Below, piece after piece: positions 19,667 through 28,958 of a stretch of 64,000 bases of DNA. Origin of the DNA: Candidatus Latescibacterota bacterium. Its GTDB lineage: Bacteria; Latescibacterota; UBA2968; UBA8231. Both the position numbers and the translations under genes were made by a program. The notes beneath the pieces were generated by a model. That model made no database searches, was not told the origin of the DNA, and saw only the letters and a program-made list of their open reading frames with translations. Within the stretch, counting starts at the first letter, position 1. Every line of letters starts with the position of its first letter. The DNA is taken from assembly GCA_965215195.1 (NCBI GenBank), contig CBDCDC010000001.1, positions 832,001 through 896,000 of the forward strand, in the 5' to 3' direction.

Positions 19667-21653
19667 GGGAGAGTCCTCCGATCATTTCGACAATGCGATC
19701 GGTCACGTCTTTCAATTCCGCGTCGATCTCGTCCAATGCACGGGGCGGTTTGAACACGTAGAAATGGCGATTGAAAGGGATTTCGTAGCCCACGGTTGTT
19801 TTGCGGTGATCGATCCACGCTTGGGGAACGTGCGGCAGGACTTCGCGTTTGAAGTAGGCGTCAATGTCCTCCCGCAACGGCACGTTCTCATAGTCGCGCA
19901 ATTCCGGGTCGGGTTCTGGCTCGCCCTTGCGGTTGGTGCAAACATCGGCACTTTCGTCCGCTTCGCTGAGGGCTTGCCAGATCAATTTCAGTTGGGCCGC
20001 CGTGACGTTCACCCGTGCCTTTGCAAAGGCGTCTGTGAGAATGCCCGTGAACACATCGCGGTTTTTGTATCGCTGGTTGCGGTTGAGCGTCTGAAGGGCC
20101 GTGAGAACGCGCTGTTGCTGTTCTTCTGGCAACCGCGCAAACCCTCGCCCAGCTTTGAGGACTTCAAGGCGGTCGTCGCTGGCCTGAAAGTTGCGCTTGA
20201 GCGGGCGCTCAATGGTGATGCGTTGATAGCCAAAGTCGGTATTGTCAAAAATCTGTACGCGGCCTTCCACATCCTCAAAATCGCCGAACAGTTGCGTAAT
20301 CTGTGCGATCTGTTCGTCGGATATTTGCTTGCGCTTGCTGCCGAGACTTTGGCGCATGGGCATGTGGAAATCCGTGGCGTTGATCAGTTGGACTTTGCCC
20401 TTGCGCGGCGGCGTCTTCTGGTTGGTGATGATCCAGATGTAGGTCGCAATGCCTGTGTTGTAAAACATATCGGTCGGCAGCGCAATGATCGCTTCGAGAT
20501 AGTCGTTTTCAATGATCCAGCGGCGGATTTCGCTCTCCCCACTGCCGGCACCGCCGGTAAACAGGGGCGACCCATTGAGCACGACGGCCAAGCGGGACAG
20601 GTCGCCATCCCGATTGAACTTTGAGATCATGTGCTGCACAAAAAGCAGCGACCCGTCGCTGACGCGGGGGAGGCCGGCACCAAAACGACCGCGATAGCCG
20701 AGGTGCTGGGCCTCGTCTTTAATAGTGGATTCGACCTTTTTCCATTCCACGCCAAAGGGCGGATTGGATAGCATGTAGTCGAATTTTTCGTTGGCAAGGC
20801 CGTCGTCGGTGAAACTGTTGCCGGGATGGATGTTTTTGGCGTTTTGCCCCTTGATGATCATATCCGATTTACAAGTCGCATAGCTCTCGTCGTTGAGTTC
20901 CTGCCCATAGACAATGAGACTAGCGTGTGGATTGAGTTCCCTGAGGTACTCTTCGGCCACCGAGAGCATCCCACCCGTGCCACAAGCCGGATCGTACAGG
21001 GTGCGAATGATGCCGCGTTTGGTGAGCGTGTCGCCATCTTCGAGGAACAGGAGATTGACCATCAGGCGAATGACTTCGCGCGGGGTAAAATGCTCGCCCG
21101 CGGTCTCATTGCTCTGCTCCGAAAAGCGGCGAATGAGTTCTTCAAAGATGTAGCCCATTTGCAGATTGGAAACGCGGTCGGGATGCAGATCGGCTTGGGC
21201 AAAGCGGCTGACGATCAGGTAGAGCATGTTGTCGCGGTCGAGGCGGGCGATTTGTTCGGGCAGCTTAAAGCGGTCGATGAAGATGTCGCGCACGTCGTGG
21301 GAAAAACCGTTGATGAGGTTGTTCAGGTTCGCGGCGATATTGTCCGGGTCGTCGAGCAAGGTTGCAAAGGTAAAGGGACTGGTGTTGTGAAAGTTGTGCC
21401 CGCTGGCCATGTTGAGCGCGGTTTCGCGCATGGTGTCGTCCATGGTGTCGGGCAGGATTTCCAACTGGGCTTGCACCGCACCTTTGGTCGGCACCAACAC
21501 GCAGTCGAGCCGGCGCAGCACCGTGAACGGCAGCACCACCTTGCCGTATTCCGATTGCTTGTAATTGCCGCGCAGCAGTTCGGCGATGGACCAGATAAAG
21601 CCGATGTGTTCGCCAAAGTCTGTACGCATACTTGAACTGTTGAGTTGGGTCAT
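19659..21653 (-). CDS. hsdM: Type I R-M N6-adenine methyltransferase subunit M
   Basis: FIWSIAELLRG, GEHFTPREV, DPACGTGGML, NPPFG, MFYNTGIATY. Confidence 0.96.
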   Translation of the reverse strand: MTQLNSSSMRTDFGEHIGFIWSIAELLRGNYKQSEYGKVVLPFTVLRRLDCVLVPTKGAVQAQLEILPDTMDDTMRETALNMASGHNFHNTSPFTFATLLDDPDNIAANLNNLINGFSHDVRDIFIDRFKLPEQIARLDRDNMLYLIVSRFAQADLHPDRVSNLQMGYIFEELIRRFSEQSNETAGEHFTPREVIRLMVNLLFLEDGDTLTKRGIIRTLYDPACGTGGMLSVAEEYLRELNPHASLIVYGQELNDESYATCKSDMIIKGQNAKNIHPGNSFTDDGLANEKFDYMLSNPPFGVEWKKVESTIKDEAQHLGYRGRFGAGLPRVSDGSLLFVQHMISKFNRDGDLSRLAVVLNGSPLFTGGAGSGESEIRRWIIENDYLEAIIALPTDMFYNTGIATYIWIITNQKTPPRKGKVQLINATDFHMPMRQSLGSKRKQISDEQIAQITQLFGDFEDVEGRVQIFDNTDFGYQRITIERPLKRNFQASDDRLEVLKAGRGFARLPEEQQQRVLTALQTLNRNQRYKNRDVFTGILTDAFAKARVNVTAAQLKLIWQALSEADESADVCTNRKGEPEPDPELRDYENVPLREDIDAYFKREVLPHVPQAWIDHRKTTVGYEIPFNRHFYVFKPPRALDEIDAELKDVTDRIVEMIGGLSHA

Positions 21654-21723
21654 ATTTTGTCGAGCGAAGGACTGGTATATGTACTACACTCGGAGGGCGG
21701 TTGTATAGAATACGGCGCGTTCT

Positions 21724-22380
21724 TCAGCACAACTTCTCCACTTCGTCCACCACCTCTCGCACCGAGTTCAGCACTTTGTACGCAGGCGAAAAGTCGCCGT
21801 GTTGCGACAACGCATTCGGCACGACCAACACGCGCAACCCAGCCTTTGCGGCCGCAGCGCATCCCCGCGCAGAATCCTCCACGACGACACAGGTCTCAGG
21901 CTCTAACCCATGCAGTTGCATAGCCGTCAAATACGCATCGGGATGGGGCTTTGCTTCTTTGTAATCTTCCCGCGTGACCACAAATTCGAAAAACTGGAGC
22001 AGATTCGTCTGGGCGTGAATGATGTCAAAGTGATCCTTCCGCGACCCGGTCACCACCCCCATGAGCACGCAACCGTGTAATGCTCTGAGCGTCTCCACCA
22101 CTCCGTCCAAAACCCGCACCCGTTCCCGCAACAACGCGCTGTACCGCGCATTGCGCTGCAAGCGCAATCGATCAATTAATTCCGCATCTTGATCGGGCAA
22201 TAGGTCAAATACGCTTTGCCCCTTTTGCAACGACTGGTCGACAAAATCCTCCTGCGTCAGCTCAATACCCTGCGTTGCCATGACCTCCCGCCCGGCCTGA
22301 AAGTACAGTCCTTCGGTATCGACCAGCACTCCATCGTTGTCCCACAAAATGGCGCGAATCACAAGTTCCTCTTCGTTCAT
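21724..22380 (-). CDS. HAD-superfamily phosphatase (beta-PGM/CbbY-like)
   Basis: WDNDGVLVDTE, KPHPDAY, VEDS..G. Confidence 0.9.
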   Translation of the reverse strand: MNEEELVIRAILWDNDGVLVDTEGLYFQAGREVMATQGIELTQEDFVDQSLQKGQSVFDLLPDQDAELIDRLRLQRNARYSALLRERVRVLDGVVETLRALHGCVLMGVVTGSRKDHFDIIHAQTNLLQFFEFVVTREDYKEAKPHPDAYLTAMQLHGLEPETCVVVEDSARGCAAAAKAGLRVLVVPNALSQHGDFSPAYKVLNSVREVVDEVEKLC

Positions 22381-22382
22381 AG

Positions 22383-22934
22383 CTAGGCGAAAAACTCCCC
22401 AACCCCACACCTAAAGCCCTCTACTGCTCCCACCCCTTCTAAGGTCTCCCGCTCGGTCAGGGTCTGCACGTCCTGCAACGACCTGTACACGGAAACCGCG
22501 CTGCTTTTGGGGTCTGCGATCCACACTTGATCCGCGCCGGCCGCGAGATAATCGCGCACCTTGTCCAACACGTCGCTTGCGCTGTCATTGGGAGAGAGCA
22601 CTTCCACCGCCAAGTCTGGAGCACCTTCCCAGAAGCTGTCGGGTACGCCCGCAGCGGGGATGCGCTCGTTTAGCACGAAGGCGACATCGGCCGCACGCAC
22701 GGTATCGGGATGGGTCGCCAGTTTGAAGCCGGTTTCCGCGGCAAACACCAGCCCAATGCCTTGCTGTTCCGCCCAATTGCCCAGCAACCGCCCTATGCGA
22801 TGGCCCATGACGCCGCGTTTGCCGCCTGTCGGGCTCATCCTTACTACCTCCCCGCGCATCAATTCACAGCGGTAGCCGTCGCCTTGCAGGTACATAAGGC
22901 GGTCGGCTGTCACGAGATTATTAATGGTTTCCAT
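22383..22934 (-). CDS. Uma2 family (DUF820) endonuclease-fold protein
   Basis: ELMRGEV, VRAADVAF, PDLAVEVLSP, VWIADP. Confidence 0.9.
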   Translation of the reverse strand: METINNLVTADRLMYLQGDGYRCELMRGEVVRMSPTGGKRGVMGHRIGRLLGNWAEQQGIGLVFAAETGFKLATHPDTVRAADVAFVLNERIPAAGVPDSFWEGAPDLAVEVLSPNDSASDVLDKVRDYLAAGADQVWIADPKSSAVSVYRSLQDVQTLTERETLEGVGAVEGFRCGVGEFFA

Positions 22935-22953
22935 GAGCGAACTCTCTTTCGCG

Positions 22954-25029
22954 TCAGCGCACAACCGCGATTTTGTCCCTCACTAGCAGGGTGCCTTCGG
23001 GAGAGTGGATCGCATAGATATAGACGCCGTTGCCGACCAGTGTATCGGTATGGTTGACCCCGTACCACAGCACCTCGTTGGCCACGGCCCCCAAGCGCCG
23101 TTGTGCGTCGTCGTCCTCAATTGCTTCCCACACTAGATCGCCCGCTGGCCCAAAGACCCGCACCGCGGACTTGAGGGGCACACCGCTGAAGCGGAGCACG
23201 CTGCCGTTGCCGATGCGGAAGGGGTTGGGAAAGACCGCGATTTTCGACTGCGGCACTAGGCGCAAATGCTGGAAGACGCGGTTGTCGGCCTCGCTGACCT
23301 CGCCGATTTGTCCTTCTGCATCGACTTCGATCAAAAAGACCATCTCGCCAAATCGCTGCCAAGGAATGTGCACGTCCGCGCTCGCGCCCGGGGCCAATCC
23401 CTCCGAGGCCGTCGGTGCGCGGTGGATGACCTCGCACCGGCTGGAGTCCAGCGCACACCGCGAGACCCGCACCGAGAAGCTGCTGGCGACCGCGCCCAGC
23501 CCGATGTTGCTGACGCGGACGCGGAGATCGTCCGTGCGGTCGCCGCGCAGGTCGCCGGTGAAGACCGCCAAGTTCGGCGTACCTTCCCCCAACCCGTATT
23601 CGGCCAACGTCGCCACGGTTAGCTGGGTGGTGCGGCGCACCAGTTCCCAGTTGATGCTATCGGGCAAGTCGACGACCGAGTGGTATTGCGAGTTGATGCG
23701 GTAGCGGCCCTCGCGGACCCCGTACGTCGTCGAGTCCGTGGGCAGGTAGTTTTCAATGCCGAGAATCGCGTCGTAGCCCCGCGACCAGAACGGCGCGTGG
23801 TCGCTGAGGCGCGCCCCCCCGTCTTCGAGCAAGTCGATGTTCAGATCAATGGCATAGCGTTCGGCCACGGACGCCATCTGATCGCCTAGCCAGCGCGAGC
23901 CTAAATTCGTCACGATCTCCAGCCGCTGTTGCAAGTCGTTGAAGCCGATCATGTCGAAGTTGAGGACGCCGAGGATCGGGTCGTCGCGGGCAGCAGCTAA
24001 AGTGACATACGCTTGGCTGCCCAACAGGCCTAGCTCCTCGCCCGACCAAGCGATAAATAGGATGGACCAAGGGAAGCGCTGTCCGGCCAGCAGCCTCGCG
24101 CTCTCTAGGACCAAGGCCACGCCGGTGGCATTGTCGTCGGCGCCAGGCGCGGGGTCGCGTTGCCAGTCCCACCCCCCGGACGAGCGGGTGCCCGTGGCGT
24201 CGTAGTGGGCGCAGACAATGTAGTAGCCAGATGCCGGATCAGTGCCCGGCAGCGTACCAATGACGTTGTACGCGGTGGTGTCGATCGGTGCTTGTCCTGC
24301 GTTGCCCCGCCGCGCCGTGTGGGAGATGACGCGCCGCGAGTCAATGGGGAAGGACTGCAGCTCGACCGCCTCGTGGCCGAGGGCCGCGGCCAGTTGCGAG
24401 CGGATGTACTCGGTTGACTCGAGTATCTCTGGATGCACGGCAAAGCGGCTGCGGCTGTTGCCGGGGACGCTGCCCAACGCCGGGTCTTTCAGAGCGAGGG
24501 CTTCGACGTGGGCCTGCAAGCGCTCGGCGGCGACTTCCTCGATAAGGGCCGCCACAGCCGGCGCGGCCGTTTGCAGCCGGGCCTTGGGTACGCGGCGCGG
24601 CGCACCCAACCACCCGTCTAGGCTGTAGTTGTTGGGCAGCGGCCAGAGGAAGTGGGAGGCCTCGTGCAAGTGGGCGTTCTGCCCCACCCGCAAGAGCACC
24701 CATTCACCCCCCCCAGCAAAGACCAGCTCAACGCCTTGGGGCAGCGGCAGATGGAGGTGATCGGCAACAAAGTAGCGATCGCCCGCCTGCGGCCTGTCGA
24801 GGCAGAGGATGGCAAACCCTCGCCTTGTGAACTCGGCGACCGCGCCTTCGCTGGCCTCGACAAAAGCCACGCTCCGCGCCACGTAGCGCACCTGCTCGCT
24901 CAGCGCGGCGATCGCAGTTAGCTCGTTTGGCGAGTTCCAAGACACGCCGACCAAGGGCCAATCGGCCGAGGCGAATCCGCTAAAAATAAAAAAAAGAGAG
25001 GCGCACAACGCCCCTTTAAGTGAGTTCAT
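22954..25029 (-). CDS. Secreted M28 metallopeptidase with CARDB and FlgD-Ig/CTD-like C-terminal domains
   Basis: Signal peptide, AHYD, GADDNATG, GEELGLLGS, NFDMIG, SDHAPF, YHS, EVSEADN, FPNPF...GVYIY. Confidence 0.88.
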   Translation of the reverse strand: MNSLKGALCASLFFIFSGFASADWPLVGVSWNSPNELTAIAALSEQVRYVARSVAFVEASEGAVAEFTRRGFAILCLDRPQAGDRYFVADHLHLPLPQGVELVFAGGGEWVLLRVGQNAHLHEASHFLWPLPNNYSLDGWLGAPRRVPKARLQTAAPAVAALIEEVAAERLQAHVEALALKDPALGSVPGNSRSRFAVHPEILESTEYIRSQLAAALGHEAVELQSFPIDSRRVISHTARRGNAGQAPIDTTAYNVIGTLPGTDPASGYYIVCAHYDATGTRSSGGWDWQRDPAPGADDNATGVALVLESARLLAGQRFPWSILFIAWSGEELGLLGSQAYVTLAAARDDPILGVLNFDMIGFNDLQQRLEIVTNLGSRWLGDQMASVAERYAIDLNIDLLEDGGARLSDHAPFWSRGYDAILGIENYLPTDSTTYGVREGRYRINSQYHSVVDLPDSINWELVRRTTQLTVATLAEYGLGEGTPNLAVFTGDLRGDRTDDLRVRVSNIGLGAVASSFSVRVSRCALDSSRCEVIHRAPTASEGLAPGASADVHIPWQRFGEMVFLIEVDAEGQIGEVSEADNRVFQHLRLVPQSKIAVFPNPFRIGNGSVLRFSGVPLKSAVRVFGPAGDLVWEAIEDDDAQRRLGAVANEVLWYGVNHTDTLVGNGVYIYAIHSPEGTLLVRDKIAVVR

Positions 25030-25064
25030 GGCTAGCTTACTTGTTGAGAAACAAAATGTTAGGG

Positions 25065-25093
25065 AACCTACTTTGCGGGTCTGGTCCTGTCAA
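25065..25093 (-). promoter_or_regulatory. Putative sigma70 promoter of the M28 peptidase gene
   Basis: TTGACA-N17-TAGGTT about 35 bp upstream of the ATG. Confidence 0.5.
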
Positions 25094-25155
25094 GAACAAA
25101 TATATAACGTTTGCTCGCTTGCTTGACCACCTAAGTACGACCCCTAATTTTCGTT

Positions 25156-25444
25156 AGAAGCGGTCTGCAAACCCTCGGCGAACCGCGTTGAGCAGCGGTT
25201 GAGCGGCCCTCGGGGGGAGCGTTTTTCGAGGGCGAGACGCCCGCGATCCTCGATTGTTTTCTACCTTACTACACGACACCAGCCCTCAGCCTGCCAAGGA
25301 TCGAGGGCATCTTGCCCTCGTCGAGGACGGGACGCCCGCGATCCCGGACCCAGCGGAAACCGCAGAAAAGGCGTACTCAAAGGTGGCGTGTACTAAGGTT
25401 TTCTACACACAGGGGACGATACCCAGAATTTTTAGACCGCTTCT
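25156..25444. mobile_element. MITE copy 1 (terminal inverted repeats AGAAGCGGTCT...AGACCGCTTCT), interrupted by a nested element
   Basis: Matches the reverse complement of 41585-41731 apart from the insert. TTA flanks the GAAGCGG...CCGCTTC core on both sides. Confidence 0.8.
25265..25397. mobile_element. Nested 133-bp MITE with 16-bp imperfect terminal inverted repeats and 9-bp target duplication GTTTTCTAC
   Basis: Ends CTTACTACACGACACC and GGTGGCGTGTACTAAG. GTTTTCTAC at 25256-25264 and 25398-25406, present once in the empty copy. Confidence 0.8.
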
Positions 25445-25537
25445 TAGGTACGCGGCTAGGCTGGTACAAGGACAACCGCAAGGGTTGCCTAGAGGGGCCG
25501 ATCTGGCGTCGCGCATAGCACCCATAAGCGAAAACTC

Positions 25538-26374
25538 TTGTCGCAACTCAGCGCGTTTTTTCTGTTGCCCCGGCCGGTCAACGGCCTGATCACCGCCCTC
25601 TCGGTCGGCATTGGCGCTTTGACCGCAGACCAAGCCCCCGCTTGGCCCGCCCTTCTGCTCGCCGCCCTTTCTGCCGCGTTAATCAACGGTGCCGGCAATG
25701 CCTTCAACGATTTGCTGGACCTAGACATCGACCGCATCAATCGCCCCCTGCGCCCCCTGCCGGCCGGCCGCCTCAGCCCGAGCGCGGCCCGAATGCAAAG
25801 CCTGCTCCTCGCCCTCGCCGGCTGCGCGCTCGCGTTCTTGCTCAGCCCTTGGCATGGGCTAATCGCCCTCGTCGTTGCCGCCTTGCTTGCTTTCTATAGT
25901 ATCTCCTTAAAAAACAGCCTGCTGTGGGGTAATGTACTCGTCGCCTTGGCCGGGGCCAGTGCCTTTCCCTACGGTGCCTTGGCGGCCGACGATATAGGGC
26001 GCTCGTGGATTCCGGCGCTCTTTGCTTTTCTCTTTCACTTGGGGCGAGAAATCGTCAAGGACCTCGAAGACGTCGCCGGCGATCAAATCCGCGGCGAGCG
26101 CACCTTGCCCCTTTCTTGGGGACGCGCCCAAGCTGCGGTGCTGGCAGCCTTCGTTTATCTGCTGTTGGTAGGGTTTACTTGGATGCCGTTTTTCACGGGC
26201 CTCTACGGCGCACTTTACGCGCTCGCATTGCTGCCGGTCCATGCCTTGGTCGGCTACGTCCTCTGGCAATTGTATCGCCAACGCGCGATACTGACCGACG
26301 ACCGCCTCGGCCGCTTGCTCAAAGTCGGCATGTTCTTGGGGCTTGGGGCCATTGTCGTCGGCGAAGCTAGCTAA
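25538..26374 (+). CDS. UbiA-family prenyltransferase (DGGGP-synthase-like subfamily)
   Basis: NDLLDLDIDRINRPLRPLPAG and REIVKDLEDVAGD...TLP motifs, multiple transmembrane helices. Confidence 0.88.
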   Translation: MSQLSAFFLLPRPVNGLITALSVGIGALTADQAPAWPALLLAALSAALINGAGNAFNDLLDLDIDRINRPLRPLPAGRLSPSAARMQSLLLALAGCALAFLLSPWHGLIALVVAALLAFYSISLKNSLLWGNVLVALAGASAFPYGALAADDIGRSWIPALFAFLFHLGREIVKDLEDVAGDQIRGERTLPLSWGRAQAAVLAAFVYLLLVGFTWMPFFTGLYGALYALALLPVHALVGYVLWQLYRQRAILTDDRLGRLLKVGMFLGLGAIVVGEAS

Positions 26375-26501
26375 CCGCGTCCTTGCCGATCTTCAACCTG
26401 ACGCAACCAGGGGTACACTTCAATCCTGAGCCAGAGCAACAAGTTGCTTCGAGCGGACCTCGGCCTGATATTGGTTAGCACCGCTATCAAAGGAGCTGAA
26501 G

Positions 26502-27635
26502 GTGAAAATTACCGATGTCAAACCCATTCCCATCTGCTACGGATCGCGCAACTACCTCTTCGTCAAAGTCGAGACGGATGCCGGCTTGTACGGCGTCGGC
26601 GAGTTTGGCATTACCTGGAAGGAACAGGCCGGCATCGGGGCCATCGAACACATGAAGCGCCACATCATCGGCTTGGACCCGCTCAATACCGAATACATCT
26701 GGCAACTGCTCTTCCGCGTCGATTTCTTCCCCGGCGGCCGGATCAACGCGGCCGCCATGTCGGCCATTGACATCGCGCTGTGGGACATCAAGGGCAAGGC
26801 CCTCGGGCAACCCGTGTACATGCTCTTGGGCGGCAAGATGCGCGAGCGCGTCTTCTGCTACACCGGCATTGGCGGCAAGACGCCCGCAGACACCGCCCGC
26901 ACCGCCCAAGAGCGGGTCGCTGAGGGCTGGAAGTACCTGCGGATGTCGGTCTTTGACCGCGACGGGATCCTCGAGCCGCGCACGGCCGTCCGCGACTCCA
27001 TCGCCCACTTCGCGGCCGTGCGCGAGGCCGTCGGGCCGGAGGTCGAAATCTGCATTGACGTCCACACCCGCCTCGACCCGCCCGACACCATCCGCCTCGG
27101 TCGCCAGCTCGAGGAATACGACCCCTTCTTCATCGAGGATCCGCTGCGCTGCGAAAACCCCCAGACCTATCGCCAAGTGCGCCAGCACGTTAGCTGTCCG
27201 CTGGCCGTGGGCGAGCACTACGCGACCAAGTGGGAGTTTCGGCAGATGATCGAAGAGGAACTGATGGACTATGCGCGGATTGACCTGTGCATCGTCGGCG
27301 GGCTGACCGAAGCGCGCAAAGTGGCCAACTGGTGCGAGACTCACTACATCAAGATCGTTCCGCACAATCCCCTCGGCCCGGTCTCGGCCGCAGCCTGCGC
27401 CCATCTCGACATTGCCTGCGACAATTTCGCCGTGCAGGAGGGTGGCCTCGTGGGCCATCCCGTGATGGAGGACCTCTTCCCAGTGCAACTGCCCTACGAG
27501 GCCGGCTGCCTCTTGCCGCCGGCTCGCCCCGGCTTAGGCGTGGAGTTCGACGAAGAAGTTGCTCAACATCACGCCTTCAAATGGCTCGGCGGCCCGATCC
27601 TGCGTCGCGCCGACGGCTCGTTTACCAATTGGTAG
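26502..27635 (+). CDS. Mandelate racemase/enolase-superfamily dehydratase (galactonate dehydratase-like)
   Basis: SAIDIALWDIKGK, IDVH, FIEDP, AVGE, PHNPLGP. Confidence 0.88.
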   Translation: MKITDVKPIPICYGSRNYLFVKVETDAGLYGVGEFGITWKEQAGIGAIEHMKRHIIGLDPLNTEYIWQLLFRVDFFPGGRINAAAMSAIDIALWDIKGKALGQPVYMLLGGKMRERVFCYTGIGGKTPADTARTAQERVAEGWKYLRMSVFDRDGILEPRTAVRDSIAHFAAVREAVGPEVEICIDVHTRLDPPDTIRLGRQLEEYDPFFIEDPLRCENPQTYRQVRQHVSCPLAVGEHYATKWEFRQMIEEELMDYARIDLCIVGGLTEARKVANWCETHYIKIVPHNPLGPVSAAACAHLDIACDNFAVQEGGLVGHPVMEDLFPVQLPYEAGCLLPPARPGLGVEFDEEVAQHHAFKWLGGPILRRADGSFTNW

Positions 27636-27680
27636 TAGAGCTGGCCACCACTACCCCGACAAATTTGTAGGAAACCCGCT

Positions 27681-28958
27681 ATGGACCTATCCCCACCCCG
27701 CGGCACCCGCGATTTTTTTCCCGAAGACATGCGCCAGCAGAACTGGTTACTGGGCCATTTTCGCGCTGTGGCCGCCCTGTTCGCCTTTGAAGAATACGAC
27801 GCTCCGGTCGTGGAATCCGAGGGGCTCTACACGCGCAAGGCCGGCGAGGAAATCACGGACCAGCTCTACAACTTTGCCGACAAAGGGGGCCGCCGCCTAG
27901 CCCTGCGCCCGGAAATGACCCCGTCGCTGGCCCGGCTGGTGCTGCAAAAGGGCGGCTCCTTGGCCCTGCCCCTCAAGTGGTTCAGCATTCCCCAGTGTTG
28001 GCGCTACGAGCGCATGACCCGCGGTCGCAGACGCGAACACTATCAGTGGAACATGGACATTGTCGGCGTGTCTGCTGTGACCGCAGAAGCCGAGTTGCTC
28101 GCCGCCCTCACCACCTTTTTCGCGGGCCTCGGCCTCGGTCCCGCAGACATCGGCATTAAAGTATCCAATCGCAAAATTCTCCAAGGGCTGCTCGACGGCC
28201 TCGGTGTACCCGACGACCGCTTCGCCCCGGTGTGCGTCCTGATCGACAAATTGGAAAAAGTGCCGCGCGCGGCCATTGAGGGCGACATGGCGGCCCTGGG
28301 CCTAGACCGCGGCATGGTTGACCGCATTGTCGAGGTCCTCTCCTTGGACGAACTCGACCCGATAGCCGCCGCAATCGGGACCGACCATCCCGGTATTGCC
28401 GAATTGCGCCGGCTCTTCGACTTAGCCGCTGATTACGGCTACGCCGACTGGCTCTCTTTTGAGGCGAGTCTAGTGCGAGGGCTGGCCTATTATACGGGTA
28501 TTGTCTTTGAGGCTTTTGACCGCGGCGGCGATCTGCGCGCCATCTGCGGCGGGGGCCGCTACGACCGTCTGCTTTCGGCCTTTGGCGGCAAAGATGCGCC
28601 GGCCTGCGGTTTTGGCTGCGGCGACGCGGTCATCGTCGAATTCCTCAAGGACAAAGGGCTGCTGCCCGCTGTCCCCAAGGCCGTGGACGACCTAGTCTTT
28701 GCCTTCAACGCCGACCTGCGCCCGGCCGCCATGGACGTGGCGGCCCGCCTGCGGCAGGCCGGCCGCTCGGTTGACTTGATCCTCGAAGACAAAAAAGTCC
28801 GCTGGGCCTTTCGCCGCGCCGACCAGAACGGTGCCGCTCGGCTGGTCCTGCTGGCCCCCGACGAATGGGCCAACGGTCAGGTGCGGATCAAAACCCTATC
28901 CACCGGCGTCGAGGAAAACGTCCCTCTCGACCAGTTGACCGGAACGAGACGCGCATGA
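27681..28958 (+). CDS. hisS: Histidyl-tRNA synthetase
   Basis: PRGTRDF, LRPEMT, RYER...GRRREHYQ, RGLAYYTG, GGGRYD. Confidence 0.97.
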   Translation: MDLSPPRGTRDFFPEDMRQQNWLLGHFRAVAALFAFEEYDAPVVESEGLYTRKAGEEITDQLYNFADKGGRRLALRPEMTPSLARLVLQKGGSLALPLKWFSIPQCWRYERMTRGRRREHYQWNMDIVGVSAVTAEAELLAALTTFFAGLGLGPADIGIKVSNRKILQGLLDGLGVPDDRFAPVCVLIDKLEKVPRAAIEGDMAALGLDRGMVDRIVEVLSLDELDPIAAAIGTDHPGIAELRRLFDLAADYGYADWLSFEASLVRGLAYYTGIVFEAFDRGGDLRAICGGGRYDRLLSAFGGKDAPACGFGCGDAVIVEFLKDKGLLPAVPKAVDDLVFAFNADLRPAAMDVAARLRQAGRSVDLILEDKKVRWAFRRADQNGAARLVLLAPDEWANGQVRIKTLSTGVEENVPLDQLTGTRRA

